A stretch of DNA of 64,000 nucleotides from Auanema rhodensis (taxonomy: Eukaryota; Animalia; Nematoda), in contig OZ059900.1 in the NCBI GenBank assembly GCA_964057225.1, positions 20,832,001 through 20,896,000 of the forward strand. The letters run 5' to 3'. A model generated the notes under the pieces. The model was not told the origin of the DNA and made no database searches. It worked only from the letters and a program-made list of their open reading frames with translations. Positions 15,701-28,200 of this stretch are shown piece by piece. The number at the start of each line of letters is the position of its first letter. Positions within the stretch are counted from its first letter, which is position 1. Both the position numbers and the translations under genes were made by a program.

Positions 15701-17974
15701 GACGTTGTACGAACAATTTTGAGCTAGGTTTCATTGACATTGCATGAGTTTGAACACATGAAATCGTAAGTCATAACCTTGTTTACAGCGAAATTTCCAA
15801 AAACTGGTTTTCCAGCATAATAAAATATTTCTCATGGGAAATACTGTGTTTTTGTATTTTTCTAGTGTTCAGCATGTAAAATACTTCATTTTAGTTTGTA
15901 ACACGCTGAAATTCGTTGCATTTGACGACTTATATGAACAAAAATCGATTTAATCAATATTAGCCATAAGGGGCGTGCCCTCAGAATATGCTAATTTCCT
16001 AAATTTTCTAACCCCTGTTTTTTTGTCGTGAAAGTGGAACTAGACGTTGTACGAACAATTTTGAGCTAGGTTTTATTGACATTGCATGAGTTTGAACACA
16101 TGAAATCGTAAGTCAAAACCTTGTTTACAGCGAAAATTCCAAAAACTGGTTTCCAGCATAATAAAATATTTCTCATGGGAAATACTGTGTTTTTGTATTT
16201 TTCTAGTGTTCAGCATGTAAAATGCTTCATTTAAGTATGTAACACGCTGAAATTCGTTGCATTTGACTACTCATATGAACAAAAATCGATTTAATCAATA
16301 TTAGCCATAAGGGGCGTGCCCTCAGAATATGCTAATTTCCTTAATTTTCTAACCCCTGTTTTTTTGTCGTGAAAGTGGAACTAGACGTTGTACGAACAAT
16401 TTTGAGCTAGGTTTCATTGACATTGCATGAGTTTGAACACATGAAATCGTAAGTCAAAATCTTGTTTACAGCGAAATTTCCAAAAACTGGTTTTCCAGCA
16501 TAATAAAATATTTCTTATGGGAAATACTGTGTTTTTGTATTTCTCTAGTGTTCAGCATGTAAAATACTTCATTTTAGTATGTAACACGCTGAAATTCGTT
16601 GCATTTGACGACTCATATGAACAAAAATCGATTTAATCAATATTAGCCATAAGGGGCGTGCCCTCAGAATATGCTAATTTCCTTAATTTTCTAACCCCTG
16701 TTTTTTTGTCGTGAAAGTGGAACTAGACGTTGTACGAACAGTTTTGAGCTAGGTTTCATTGACATTGCATGAGTTTGAACACATGAAATCGTAAGTCAAA
16801 ACCTTGTTTACAGCGAAATTTCCAAAAACTGGTTTTCCAGCATAATAAAATATTTCTCATGGGAAAAACTGTGTTTTTGTATTTTTCTAGTGTTCAGCAT
16901 GTAAAATGCTTCATTTTAGTATGTAACACGCTGAAATTCGTTGCATTTGACGACTCATATGAACAAAAATCGATTTAATCAATATTAGCCATAAGGGGCG
17001 TGCCCTCAGAATATGCTAATTTCCTTAATTTTCTAACCCCTGTTTTTTGTCGTGAAAGTGGAACTAGACGTTGTACGAACAATTTTGAGCTAGGTTTCAT
17101 TGACATTGCATGAGTTTGAACTCATGAAATCGTAAGTCAAAACCTTGTTTACAGCGAAATTTCCAAAAACTGGTTTTCCAGCATAATAAAATATTTCTCA
17201 TGGGAAATACTGTGTTTTTGTACTTTTCTAGTGTTCAGCATGTAAAATACTTCATTTTAGTATGTAACACGCTGAAATTCGTTGCATTTGACGACTCATA
17301 TGAACAAAAATCGATTTAATCAATATTAGCCATAAGGGGCGTGCCCTCAGAATATGCTAATTTCCTAAATTTTCTAACCCCTGTTTTTTTGTCGTGAAAG
17401 TGGAACTAGACGTTGTACGAACAATTTTGAGCTAGGTTTCATTGACATTGCATGAGTTTGAACACATGAAATCGTAAGTCATAACCTTGTTTACAGCGAA
17501 ATTTCCAAAAACTGGTTTTCCAGCATAATAAAATATTTCTCATGGGAAATACTGTGTTTTTGTATTTTTCTAGTGTTCAGCATGTAAAATACTTCATTTT
17601 AGTTTGTAACACGCTGAAATTCGTTGCATTTGACGACTTATATGAACAAAAATCGATTTAATCAATATTAGCCATAAGGGGCGTGCCCTCAGAATATGCT
17701 AATTTCCTAAATTTTCTAACCCCTGTTTTTTTGTCGTGAAAGTGGAACTAGACGTTGTACGAACAATTTTGAGCTAGGTTTTATTGACATTGCATGAGTT
17801 TGAACACATGAAATCGTAAGTCAAAACCTTGTTTACAGCGAAAATTCCAAAAACTGGTTTCCAGCATAATAAAATATTTCTCATGGGAAATACTGTGTTT
17901 TTGTATTTTTCTAGTGTTCAGCATGTAAAATGCTTCATTTAAGTATGTAACACGCTGAAATTCGTTGCATTTGA
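9742..17974. repeat. Tandem duplication of 12 monomers (period 4100 bp)
   Basis: Private variants repeat at +4100: TAATAAACAA 10351/14451, TCACTTTAG 10761/14861, ATAAGGGTCG 10841/14941, AAAAAGTGG 11021/15121, TCATAACC 11674/15774. Only one difference noticed (10567 A vs 14667 G). Confidence 0.93.
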
Positions 17975-18900
17975 CTACTCATATGAACAAAAATCGATTT
18001 AATCAATATTAGCCATAAGGGGCGTGCCCTCAGAATATGCTAATTTCCTTAATTTTCTAACCCCTGTTTTTTTGTCGTGAAAGTGGAACTAGACGTTGTA
18101 CGAACAATTTTGAGCTAGGTTTCATTGACATTGCATGAGTTTGAACACATGAAATCGTAAGTCAAAATCTTGTTTACAGCGAAATTTCCAAAAACTGGTT
18201 TTCCAGCATAATAAAATACTTCTTATGGGAAATACTGTGTTTTTGTATTTCTCTAGTGTTCAGCATGTAAAATACTTCATTTTAGTATGTAACACGCTGA
18301 AATTCGTTGCATTTGACGACTCATATGAACAAAAATCGATTTAATCAATATTAGCCATAAGGGGCGTGCCCTCAGAATATGCTAATTTCCTTAATTTTCT
18401 AACCCCTGTTTTTTTGTCGTGAAAGTGGAACTAGACGTTGTACGAACAGTTTTGAGCTAGGTTTCATTGACATTGCATGAGTTTGAACACATGAAATCGT
18501 AAGTCAAAACCTTGTTTACAGCGAAATTTCCAAAAACTGGTTTTCCAGCATAATAAAATATTTCTCATGGGAAAAACTGTGTTTTTGTATTTTTCTAGTG
18601 TTCAGCATGTAAAATGCTTCATTTTAGTATGTAACACGCTGAAATTCGTTGCATTTGACGACTCATATGAACAAAAATCGATTTAATCAATATTAGCCAT
18701 AAGGGGCGTGCCCTCAGAATGTGCTAATTTCCTTAATTTTCTAACCCCTGTTTTTTGTCGTGAAAGTGGAACTAGACGTTGTACGAACAATTTTGAGCTA
18801 GGTTTCATTGACATTGCATGAGTTTGAACTCATGAAATCGTAAGTCAAAACCTTGTTTACAGCGAAATTTCCAAAAACTGGTTTTCCAGCATAATAAAAT
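15370..18900. repeat. 5-monomer duplication (period 1708 bp), nested in and overlapping the 12-mer; also present in part at 11280-13870
   Basis: TCATAACC at 11674/13382 and 15774/17482; CAAAATCTT at 16460/18168; GAACTCATG at 17122/18830. Confidence 0.9.
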
Positions 18901-21868
18901 ATTTCTCATGGGAAAAACTGTGTTTTTGTATTTTTCTAGTGTTCAGCATGTAAAATGCTTCATTTTAGTATGTAACACGCTGAAATTTGTTGCATTTGAC
19001 GACTCATATGAACAAAAATCGATTTAATCAATATTAGCCATAAGGGGCGTGCCCTCAGAATATGCTAATTTCCTTAATTTTCTAACCCCTGTTTTTTTGT
19101 CGTGAAAGTGGAACTAGACGTTGTAGGAACAATTTTGAGCAAGGTTTCATTGACATTGCATGAGTTTGAACACATGAAATCGTAAGTCAAAACCTCGTTT
19201 ACAGCGAAATTTCCAAAAACTGGTTTTCCAGCATAATAAAATATTTCTCATGGGAAATACTGTGTTTTTGTATTTTTCTAGTGTTCAGCATGTAAAATGC
19301 TTCATTTTAGTATGTAACACGCTAAAATTCGTTGCATTTGACGACTCATATGAACAAAAATCGATTTAATCAATATTAGCCATAAGGGGCGTGCCCTCAG
19401 AATATGCTAATTTCCTTAATTTTCTAACCCCTGTTTTTTTGTCGTGAAAGTGGAACTAGACGTTGTACGAACAATTTTGAGCTAGGTTTCATTGACATTG
19501 CATGAGTTTGAACACATGAAATCGTAAGTCAAAACCTTGTTTACAGCGAAATTTCCAAAAACTGGTTTTCCAGCATAATAAAATATTTCTCATTTGAAAT
19601 ACTGTGTTTTTGTATTTTTATAGTGTTCAGCATGTAAAATGCTTCATTTTAGTATGTAACACGCTGAAATTCGTTGCATTTGACGACTCATATGAACAAA
19701 AATCGATTTAATCAATATTAGCCATAAGGGGCGTGCCCTCAGAATATGCTAATTTCCTTAATTTTCTAACCCCTGTTTTTTTGTCGTGAAAGTGGAATTA
19801 GACGTTGTAGGAACAATTTTGAGCTAGGTTTCATTGACATTGCATGAGTTTGAACACATGAAATCGTAAGTCAAAACCTTGTTTACAGCGAAATTTCCAA
19901 AAACTGGTTTTCCAGCATAATAAAATATTTCTCATGGGAAATACTGTGTTTTTGTATTTTTCTAGTGTTCAGCATGTAAAATGCTTCATTTTAGTATGTA
20001 ACACGCTGAAATTCGTTGCATTTGACGACTCATATGAACAAAAATCGATTTAATCAATATTAGCCATAAGGGGCGTGCCCTCAGAATATGCTAATTTCCT
20101 TAATTTTCTAACCCCTGTTTTTTGTCGTGAAAGTGGAACTAGACGTTGTAGGAACAATTTTGAGCTAGGTTTCATTGACATTGCATGAGTTTGAACACAT
20201 GAAATCGTAAGTCAAAACCTTGTTTACAGCGAAATTTCCAAAAACTGGTTTTCCAGCATAATAAAATATTTCTCATGGGAAATACTGTGTTTTTGTATTT
20301 TTCTAGTGTTCAGCATGTAAAATACTTCATTTTAGTATGTAACACGCTGAAATTCGTTGCATTTGACGACTCATATGAACAAAAATCGATTTAATCAATA
20401 TTAGCCATAAGGGGCGTGCCCTCAGAATGTGCTAATTTCCTTAATTTTCTAACCCCTGTTTTTTTGTCGTGAAAGTGGAATTAGACGTTGTAGGAACAAT
20501 TTTGAGCTAGGTTTCATTGACATTGCATGAGTTTGAACACATGAAATCGTAAGTCAAAACCTTGTTTACAGCGAACTTTCCAAAAACTGGTTTTCCAGCA
20601 TAATAAAATATTTCTCATGGGAAATACTGTGTTTTTGTATTTTTATAGTGTTCAGCATGTAAAATGCTTCATTTTAGTATGTAACACCCTGAAATTCGTT
20701 TCATTTGACGACTCATATGAACAAAAATCGATTTAATCAATATTAGCCATAAGGGGCGTGCCCTCAGAATATGCTAATTTCCTTAATTTTCTAACCCCTG
20801 TTTTTTTGTCGTGAAAGTGGAACTAGACGTTGTAGGAACAATTTTGAGCAAGGTTTCATTGACATTGCATGAGTTTGAACACATGAAATCGTAAGTCAAA
20901 ACCTTGTTTACAGCGAAATTTCCAAAAACTGGTTTTCCAGCATAATAAAATATTTCTCATGGGAAATACTGTGTTTTTGTATTTTTCTAGTGTTCAGCAT
21001 GTGAAATACTTCATTTTAGTATGTAACACGCTGAAATTCGTTGCATTTGACGACTCATATGAACAAAAATCGATTTAATCAATATTAGCCATAAGGGGCG
21101 TGCCCTCAGAATATGCTAATTTCCTAAATTTTCTAACCCCTGTTTTTTTGTCGTGAAAGTGGAACTAGACGTTGTAGGAACAATTTTGAGCTAGGTTTCA
21201 TTGACATTGCATGAGTTTGAACACATGAAATCGTAAGTCAAAACCTTGTTTACAGCGAAATTTCCAAAAACTGGTTTTCCAGCATAATAAAATATTTCTC
21301 ATGGGAAAAACTGTGTTTTTGTATTTTTCTAGTGTTCAGCATGTAAAATGCTTCATTTTAGTATGTAACACGCTGAAATTTGTTGCATTTGACGACTCAT
21401 ATGAACAAAAATCGATTTAATCAATATTAGCCATAAGGGGCGTGCCCTCAGAATATGCTAATTTCCTTAATTTTCTAACCCCTGTTTTTTTGTCGTGAAA
21501 GTGGAACTAGACGTTGTAGGAACAATTTTGAGCAAGGTTTCATTGACATTGCATGAGTTTGAACACATGAAATCGTAAGTCAAAACCTTGTTTACAGCGA
21601 AATTTCCAAAAACTGGTTTTCCAGCATAATAAAATATTTCTCATGGGAAATACTGTGTTTTTGTATTTTTCTAGTGTTCAGCATGTAAAATGCTTCATTT
21701 TAGTATGTAACACGCTAAAATTCGTTGCATTTGACGTTTCATATGAACAAAAATCGATTTAATCAATATTAGCCATAAGGGGCGTGCCCTCAGAATATGC
21801 TAATTTCCTTAATTTTCTAACCCCTGTTTTTTTGTCGTGAAAGTGGAACTAGACGTTGTACGAACAAT

Positions 21869-22210
21869 TTTGAGCTAGGTTTCATTGACATTGCATGAGT
21901 TTGAACACATGAAATCGTAAGTCAAAACCTTGTTTACAGCGAAATTTCCAAAAACTGGTTTTCCAGCATAATAAAATATTTCTCATGGGAAATACTGTGT
22001 TTTTGTATTTTTCTAGTGTTCAGCATGTAAAATGCTTCATTTTAGTATGTAACACGCTGAAATTCGTTGCATTTGACGACTCATATGAACAAAAATCGAT
22101 TTAATCAATATTAGCCATAAGGGGCGTGCCCTCAGAATATGCTAATTTCCTTAATTTTCTAACCCCTGTTTTTTTGTCGTGAAAGTGGAACTAGACGTTG
22201 TACGAACAAT
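21869..22210. repeat. Representative consensus-like 342-bp monomer
   Basis: Full-length copy with the T7 tract and no rare variants seen; used as the coordinate reference (monomer position p = window position 21868+p). Confidence 0.95.
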
Positions 22211-25200
22211 TTTGAGCTAGGTTTCATTGACATTGCATGAGTTTGAACACATGAAATCGTAAGTCAAAACCTTGTTTACAGCGAAATTTCCAAAAACTGG
22301 TTTTCCAGCATAATAAAATATTTCTCATGGGAAATACTGTGTTTTTGTATTTTTCTAGTGTTCAGCATGTAAAATGCTTCATTTTAGTATGTAACACGCT
22401 AAAATTCGTTGCATTTGACGACTCATATGAACAAAAATCGATTTAATCAATATTAGCCATAAGGGGCGTGCCCATCAGAATATGCTAATTTCCTTAATTT
22501 TCTAACCCCTGTTTTTTTGTCGTGAAAGTGGAATTAGACGTTGTAGGAACAATTTTGAGCTAGGTTTCATTGACATTGCATGAGTTTGAACACATGAAAT
22601 CGTAAGTCAAAACCTTGTTTACAGCGAAATTTCCAAAAACTGGTTTTCCAGCATAATAAAATATTTCTCATGGGAAATACTGTGTTTTTGTATTTTTATA
22701 GTGTTCAACATGTAAAATGCTTCATTTTAGTATGTAACACGCTGAAATTCGTTGCATTTGACGACTCATATGAACAAAAATCGATTTAATCAATATTAGC
22801 CATAAGGGGCGTGCCCTCAGAATATGCTAATTTCCTTAATTTTCTAACCCCTGTTTTTTGTCGTGAAAGTGGAACTAGACGTTGTAGGAACAATTTTGAG
22901 CTAGGTTTCATTGACATTGCATGAGTTTGAACACATGAAATCGTAAGTCAAAACCTTGTTTACAGCGAAATTTCCAAAAACTGGTTTTCCAGCATAATAA
23001 AATATTTCTCATGGGAAATACTGTGTTTTTGTATTTTTCTAGTGTTCAGCATGTAAAACACTTCATTTTAGTATGTAACACGCTGAAATTCAATGCATTT
23101 GACGAATCATATGAACAAAAATCGATTTAATCAATATAAGCCATAGAGGCGTGCCCTCAGAATATGCTAATTTCCTTAATTTTCTAACCCCTGTTTTTTG
23201 TCGTGAAAGTGGAATTAGACGTTGTAGGAACAATTTTGAGCTAGGTTTCATTGACATTGCATGAGTTTGAACACATGAAATCGTAAGTCAAAACCTTGTT
23301 TACAGCGAAATTTCCAAAAACTGGTTTTCCAGCATAATAAAATATTTCTCATGGGAAATACTGTGTTTTTGTATTTTTCTAGTGTTCAGCATGTAAAATA
23401 CTTCATTTTAGTATGTAACACGCTGAAATTCGTTGCATTTGACGACTCATATGAACAAAAATCGATTTAATCAATATTAGCCATAAGGGGCGTGCCCTCA
23501 GAATGTGCTAATTTCCTTAATTTTCTAACCCCTGTTTTTTTGTCGTGAAAGTGGAATTAGACGTTGTAGGAACAATTTTGAGCTAGGTTTCATTGACATT
23601 GCATGAGTTTGAACACATGAAATCGTAAGTCAAAACCTTGTTTACAGCGAACTTTCCAAAAACTGGTTTTCCAGCATAATAAAATATTTCTCATGGGAAA
23701 TACTGTGTTTTTGTATTTTTATAGTGTTCAGCATGTAAAATGCTTCATTTTAGTATGTAACACCCTGAAATTCGTTTCATTTGACGACTCATATGAACAA
23801 AAATCGATTTAATCAATATTAGCCATAAGGGGCGTGCCCTCAGAATATGCTAATTTCCTTAATTTTCTAACCCCTGTTTTTTTGTCGTGAAAGTGGAACT
23901 AGACGTTGTAGGAACAATTTTGAGCAAGGTTTCATTGACATTGCATGAGTTTGAACACATGAAATCGTAAGTCAAAACCTTGTTTACAGCGAAATTTCCA
24001 AAAACTGGTTTTCCAGCATAATAAAAGATTTCTCATGGGAAATACTGTGTTTTTGTATTTTTCTAGTGTTCAGCATGTGAAATACTTCATTTTAGTATGT
24101 AACACGCTGAAATTCGTTGCATTTGACGACTCATATGAACAAAAATCGATTTAATCAATATTAGCCATAAGGGGCGTGCCCTCAGAATATGCTAATTTCC
24201 TAAATTTTCTAACCCCTGTTTTTTTGTCGTGAAAGTGGAACTAGACGTTGTACGAACAATTTTGAGCTAGGTTTCATTGACATTGCATGAGTTTGAACAC
24301 ATGAAATCGTAAGTCAAAACCTTGTTTACAGCGAAATTTCCAAAAACTGGTTTTCCAGCATAATAAAATATTTCTCATGGGTAAAACTGTGTTTTTGTAT
24401 TTTTCTAGTGTTCAGCATGTAAAATGCTTCATTTTAGTATGTAACACGCTGAAATTCGTTGCATTTGACCACTCATATGAACCAAAATCGATTTAATCAA
24501 TATTAGCCATAAGGGGCGTGCCCTCAGAATATGCTAATTTCCTAAATTTTCTAACCCCTGTTTTTTTGTCGTGAAAGTGGAACTAGACGTTGTACGAACA
24601 ATTTTGAGCTAGGTTTCATTGACATTGCATGAGTTTGAACACATGAAATCGTAAGTCAAAACCTTGTTTACAGCGAAATTTCCAAAAACTGGTTTTCCAG
24701 CATAATAAAATATTTCTCATGGGAAATACTGTGTTTTTGTATTTTTCTAGTGTTCAGCATGTGAAATACTTCATTTTAGTATGTAACACGCTGAAATTCG
24801 TTGCATTTGACGACTCATATGAACAAAAATCGATTTAATCAATATTAGCCATAAGGGGCGTGCCCTCAGAATATGCTAATTTCCTTAATTTTCTAACCCC
24901 TGTTTTTTTGTCGTGAAAGTGGAATTAGACGTTGCAGGAACAATTTTGAGCTAGGTTTCATTGACATTGCATGAGTTTGAACACATGAAATCGTAAGTCA
25001 AAACCTTGTTTACAGCGAAATTTCCAAAAACTGGTTTTCCAGCATAATAAAATATTTCTCATGGGAAATACTGTGTTTTTGTATTTTTATAGTGTTCAGC
25101 ATGTAAAATGCTTCATTTTAGTATGTAACACGCTGAAATTCGTTGCATTTGACGACTCATATGAACAAAAATCGATTTAATCAATATTAGCCATAAGGGG

Positions 25201-28200
25201 CGTGCCCTCAGAATATGCTAATTTCCTTAATTTTCTAACCCCTGTTTTTTTGTCGTGAAAGTGGAATTAGACGTTGTAGGAACAATTTTGAGCTAGGTTT
25301 CATTGACATTGCATGAGTTTGAACACATGAAATCGTAAGTCAAAACCTTGTTTACAGCGAAATTTCCAAAAACTGGTTTTCCAGCATAATAAAATATTTC
25401 TCATGGGAAATACTGTGTTTTTGTATTTTTCTAGTGTTCAGCATGTAAAATGCTTCATTTTAGTATGTAACACGCTGAAATTCGTTGCATTTGACGACTC
25501 ATATGAACAAAAATCGATTTAATCAATATTAGCCATAAGGGGCGTGCCCTCAGAATATGCTAATTTCCTTAATTTTCTAACCCCTGTTTTTTGTCGTGAA
25601 AGTGGAACTAGACGTTGTAGGAACAATTTTGAGCTAGGTTTCATTGACATTGCATGAGTTTGAACACATGAAATCGTAAGTCAAAACCTTGTTTACAGCG
25701 AAATTTCCAAAAACTGGTTTTCCAGCATAATAAAATATTTCTCATGGGAAATACTGTGTTTTTGTATTTTTCTAGTGTTCAGCATGTAAAACACTTCATT
25801 TTAGTATGTAACACGCTGAAATTCAATGCATTTGACGAATCATATGAACAAAAATCGATTTAATCAATATAAGCCATAGAGGCGTGCCCTCAGAATATGC
25901 TAATTTCCTTAATTTTCTAACCCCTGTTTTTTGTCGTGAAAGTGGAACTAGACGTTGTAGGAACAATTTTGAGCTAGGTTTCATTGACATTGCATGAGTT
26001 TGAACACATGAAATCGTAAGTCAAAACCTTGTTTACAGCGAAATTTCCAAAAACTGGTTTTCCAGCATAATAAAATATTTCTCATGGGAAATACTGTGTT
26101 TTTGTATTTTTATAGTGTTCAGCATGTAAAATGCTTCATTTTAGTATGTAACACGCTGAAATTCGTTGCATTTGACGACTCATATGAACAAAAATCGATT
26201 TAATCAATATTAGCCATAAGGGGCGTGCCCTCAGAATATGCTAATTTCCTTAATTTTCTAACCCCTGTTTTTTTGTCGTGAAAGTGGAATTAGACGTTGT
26301 AGGAACAATTTTGAGCTAGGTTTCATTGACATTGCATGAGTTTGAACACATGAAATCGTAAGTCAAAACCTTGTTTACAGCGAAATTTCCAAAAACTGGT
26401 TTTCCAGCATAATAAAATATTTCTCATGGGAAATACTGTGTTTTTGTATTTTTGTAGTGTTCAGCATGTAAAACACTTCATTTTAGTATGTAACACGCTG
26501 AAATTCAATGCATTTGACGAATCATATGAACAAAAATCGATTTAATCAATATAAGCCATAGAGGCGTGCCCTCAGAATATGCTAATTTCCTTAATTTTCT
26601 AACCCCTGTTTTTTGTCGTGAAAGTGGAACTAGACGTTGTAGGAACAATTTTGAGCTAGGTTTCATTGACATTGCATGAGTTTGAACACATGAAATCGTA
26701 AGTCAAAACCTTGTTTACAGCGAAATTTCCAAAAACTGGTTTTCCAGCATAATAAAATATTTCTCATGGGAAATACTGTGTTTTTGTATTTTTATAGTGT
26801 TCAGCATGTAAAATGCTTCATTTTAGTATGTAACACGCTGAAATTCGTTGCATTTGACGACTCATATGAACAAAAATCGATTTAATCAATATTAGCCATA
26901 AGGGGCGTGCCCTCAGAATATGCTAATTTCCTTAATTTTCTAACCCCTGTTTTTTTGTCGTGAAAGTGGAATTAGACGTTGTAGGAACAATTTTGAGCTA
27001 GGTTTCATTGACATTGCATGAGTTTGAACACATGAAATCGTAAGTCAAAACCTTGTTTACAGCGAAATTTCCAAAAACTGGTTTTCCAGCATAATAAAAT
27101 ATTTCTCATGGGAAATACTGTGTTTTTGTATTTTTCTAGTGTTCAGCATGTAAAATGCTTCATTTTAGTATGTAACACGCTAAAATTCGTTGCATTTGAC
27201 GACTCATATGAACAAAAATCGATTTAATCAATATTAGCCATAAGGGGCGTGCCCATCAGAATATGCTAATTTCCTTAATTTTCTAACCCCTGTTTTTTTG
27301 TCGTGAAAGTGGAATTAGACGTTGTAGGAACAATTTTGAGCTAGGTTTCATTGACATTGCATGAGTTTGAACACATGAAATCGTAAGTCAAAACCTTGTT
27401 TACAGCGAAATTTCCAAAAACTGGTTTTCCAGCATAATAAAATATTTCTCATGGGAAATACTGTGTTTTTGTATTTTTATAGTGTTCAGCATGTAAAATG
27501 CTTCATTTTAGTATGTAACACGCTGAAATTCGTTGCATTTGACGACTCATATGAACAAAAATCGATTTAATCAATATTAGCCATAAGGGGCGTGCCCTCA
27601 GAATATGCTAATTTCCTTAATTTTCTAACCCCTGTTTTTTGTCGTGAAAGTGGAACTAGACGTTGTAGGAACAATTTTGAGCTAGGTTTCATTGACATTG
27701 CATGAGTTTGAACACATGAAATCGTAAGTCAAAACCTTGTTTACAGCGAAATTTCCAAAAACTGGTTTTCCAGCATAATAAAATATTTCTCATGGGAAAT
27801 ACTGTGTTTTTGTATTTTTCTAGTGTTCAGCATGTAAAACACTTCATTTTAGTATGTAACACGCTGAAATTCAATGCATTTGACGAATCATATGAACAAA
27901 AATCGATTTAATCAATATAAGCCATAGAGGCGTGCCCTCAGAATATGCTAATTTCCTTAATTTTCTAACCCCTGTTTTTTGTCGTGAAAGTGGAATTAGA
28001 CGTTGTAGGAACAATTTTGAGCTAGGTTTCATTGACATTGCATGAGTTTGAACACATGAAATCGTAAGTCAAAACCTTGTTTACAGCGAAATTTCCAAAA
28101 ACTGGTTTTCCAGCATAATAAAATATTTCTCATGGGAAATACTGTGTTTTTGTATTTTTCTAGTGTTCAGCATGTAAAATACTTCATTTTAGTATGTAAC

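Noticed and set aside
22061-22078. CENP-B box-like ATTCGTTGCATTTGACG
   Set aside because: It matches the TTCGNNNNA half, but the essential CGGG is replaced by TGAC, so it is not a canonical box.
22072-22136. Hammerhead ribozyme, as known in ~330-bp newt and schistosome satellites
   Set aside because: The nearest core-like strings are TTGACGA (plus strand) and CTGAGGG (minus strand); neither fits CTGANGA followed by stem II and GAAA. An Infernal/Rfam search on a monomer dimer would be decisive.
22159-22167. Telomere-like CTAACCCCT
   Set aside because: A single hexamer-like occurrence per monomer, not tandem; expected by chance.
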